Assembly (NCBI GenBank): GCA_964199315.1
Contig: OZ116702.1
Location: 20,894,001 to 20,958,000 of the forward strand
Length of the DNA: 64,000 bases
Source: Orbicella franksi
Lineage: Eukaryota
Reading direction: 5' to 3'
Part shown: positions 61,761 through 64,000 of the stretch, one piece after another
Numbering within the stretch: the stretch's first letter is position 1
Layout of the letters: every line of letters begins with the position of its first letter
Made by a program: the position numbers and the translations under genes
Notes under the pieces: model-generated
What the model saw: only the letters and a program-made list of their open reading frames with translations
Databases searched by the model: none
What the model was told of the DNA's origin: nothing

Positions 61761-64000
61761 TTACTTCAAGGCTTCCAGTTTAAATTCTACACACGGATAG
61801 CAAAATGGTCCAACGTTCTGTACTGGCACACTGTCATCATCACCTGTGACTTTGGTTTCCAAGGTAACCGTGCAGTGTTTCAAAAATACAATCAGTAGAA
61901 CTTTCATGAAGGTATCAGCCACCCGATATCCCATACACCTTCGCGGGCCAATACCAAAGCGACACAAGCTTTTGCGCATGTTCGGTGTTTCGTTGTCGAA
62001 TCGCCGGGGATTGAAAGTTTCGGTCTCGCCCCAGACTCCCATGTTGCTGTTTACTGCACTGTTGTCAATGGATACTTCAACCTGAAAAAAGAATGTTGAA
62101 ACGACCTTGTAAGCCTAATTTGGCCTTACGAAAAAACAGAATACCTTATTTGTCTCACTGCACGGAACACAAATTTAAGAAAGTCCTGTTATATAGAAAT
62201 GTTAACGGACTGAAGATGAGGGCAAGAGACGTTTATTTCAAAGAGGGACGATCATAAACGACATTAACGAGCAGTCAGATTTTGATCTTACGACTGAAAG
62301 GGTTTAAGAAAATAGATTAAATTTCTGCATTTAACAACCGGTTGTTTTTGTAACTGGAACCGGAAATTTATCCATGATGGATTCCCCAAACCATGAGAAC
62401 ATCAGTGAACAATGTTACTAGAGATAGGAGAAGAAACCGGACCAGCAAAGTCAATGTTTGTACCCGGATATATGAACTGAATCAGTGCTTGTTCCATTTG
62501 ATATAAACTGAAAAAGACATTACTTTAAACTTTCACTGTTCCAGGGGTTTCATTAACGTTTTCAACAGGAGGGCAACTGGTTTTCACAGGCAGGCAAAAC
62601 TTTTTAAACTGAACACTTCTTTGTAAGAAAAACTTTCCTCTAGATTGTCGAACCAGCCGGGCAAAATCTTTGTCACACCCGGTCAATTTTCCCGGTGTCC
62701 GGCCCTGAATGAAACCCCTGCTGTTCTCCAGGTTAATTTCACATTTCTAAGCTCTAATTTAGTATTTGGCTCTACGTTACCATAAAACCCTGTAAAGCTC
62801 TTACCCCTGGGGGACTGTGAAAATCTCCGATCGCCATTGGACAAGTAACATATTCCGGGGTGCTGATAACCATCACGGGCCGTTTTCTGGCTGATTCCTT
62901 CACTACTTTGCCCAAGAAATCCATTCTGCTGAGAAAGTCTAAACTCAATGGTCCTGAAAGCTAGAGGAGAGTGACACGTATGAGACAAGACAACTAGAGT
63001 AGTTTCATCGCACGGGAATAATTGACTGGCTTTGATGGTGTTTGATGTGATGAAGCCGTGAATAAAACATCTATTTGAAGGAAATCATGTTCATGCGGAA
63101 AACAGACAGTTTTTCTGATCTCTGCAATCTAGAAGTCCGTATGCTTTATAATATTATTTATCAAGTTATCAAGATGCCCGAGGATGGACATAAAAGTCAA
63201 ATGCATGTAAATTTTGCTATGCCATAAATCCTCGAATTAGCGCCCGGGGTGCTTATTTCAAATATAGGAGAACACGGGGGGCGCTTATTCGAGGGGAGAA
63301 GGGTGCTTATTTAATTTTTCCCAAATCGTAGCCTGACATGATCATTTTTTTAATACATCATCTGCGCATAAAAACAACATAAGCTGTTTATTCGATGTTT
63401 ATCGACATATCAAGCTGATCATAAAGTTTAAATCACGGCACCCGTTGCAATATTTTTTTCCAAACTTAACGAGTTCACAAACTGAAACAATGTACAAATC
63501 CAATACTGCACAACGAAAACTATACATCCTTTGTTGTCTCATAAATCGTTCACAAAATGGGGGGCGGGGAAGGGGGCGCTTATTGGAGGTTAAATTTTGG
63601 CCGATAGGAGGGCCGCTTATTCGAAGGGGGGTGGGGGGGGGGGCGCCTTATTCGAGGATTTACAATATGTGCTATACCTAGTTGAAGATATGAGATTGGT
63701 TGACATTCTATTAGGCAGTGTTCAAATGATTTTAGCCAAATCGGCCAAAGTATCATGTTTAAAATCATAAGTAGCAGGTTGTTAGTAGAGATTGAAAAAC
63801 AAACAGAACCCAGCAGTCAGGCATCCGGGAGTTTATGCAGTACTAAGATTGTTATTTACTCACTTCTGAAGTTGAGTCCGTAATCTCATCTGTTAGTTCC
63901 TTCTGAATGTCTTCATGAAGAGCCACGTGAAACAGAAGCCAGGCAGTGGCACCACACGTGATATCCACATTAGCCAAGGAGGCTTCCTCCAGAGTTTCTT
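61761..64000 (-). CDS. Cytochrome P450, last three exons (>64000-63864, 62960-62805, 62081-61761); 5' part lies right of the window
   Basis: Phase-0 splices give an open frame: I-helix ETLEEASLANVDITCGATAWLL, K-helix KESARKRP, meander FNPRRF and heme motif FGIGPRRCMG (61929-61958). Confidence 0.92.
63225..63662. mobile_element. MITE in a P450 intron
   Basis: TAAATCCTCGAATTAGCGCCC ... GGCGCCTTATTCGAGGATTTA inverted termini; internal GGGCGCTTATT repeats. Confidence 0.75.

Noticed and set aside
62683-62988. 101-aa minus-strand ORF as a separate gene
   Set aside because: It overlaps the true P450 exon 62960-62805, which is read in a different frame (contains ESAR).
61929-63974. CYP74-clan allene oxide synthase
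   Set aside because: The I-helix Asn is suggestive, but the heme motif FGIGPRRCMG has canonical spacing without the CYP74 insertion.

Overview
This is AT-rich eukaryotic DNA with spliceosomal introns. The repeat families suggest a stony coral or another cnidarian (inference, no database search run). Only two host-like genes are present, one at each edge, converging tail to tail. On the left are the last three exons of a choline/carnitine O-acyltransferase-family gene (+, 2448-4719), whose catalytic His-x3-Asp motif is replaced. On the right are the last three exons of a cytochrome P450 (-, 61761 to beyond 64000) with a non-canonical I-helix (ANVDIT) that recalls fungal GliF/CYP613-type P450s. 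Between them is a transposon nest of about 55 kb. It contains a PIF/Harbinger transposase pseudogene, a Harbinger-type Myb/SANT gene and candidate matching termini about 52 kb apart; three Ty3/Gypsy LTR elements with target-site duplications (TSDs) and a solo LTR; a complete Ngaro-type tyrosine-recombinase retroelement with split direct repeats; a full-length Sola3 element with ~870-bp terminal inverted repeats (TIRs); CR1/L2 and Tx1-like LINEs; Penelope-like fragments with a hammerhead-like motif; many MITEs; and a 54-bp palindromic tandem array. No rRNA, tRNA or CRISPR is supported. Coordinates were counted by hand and all family assignments rest on recognised motifs.
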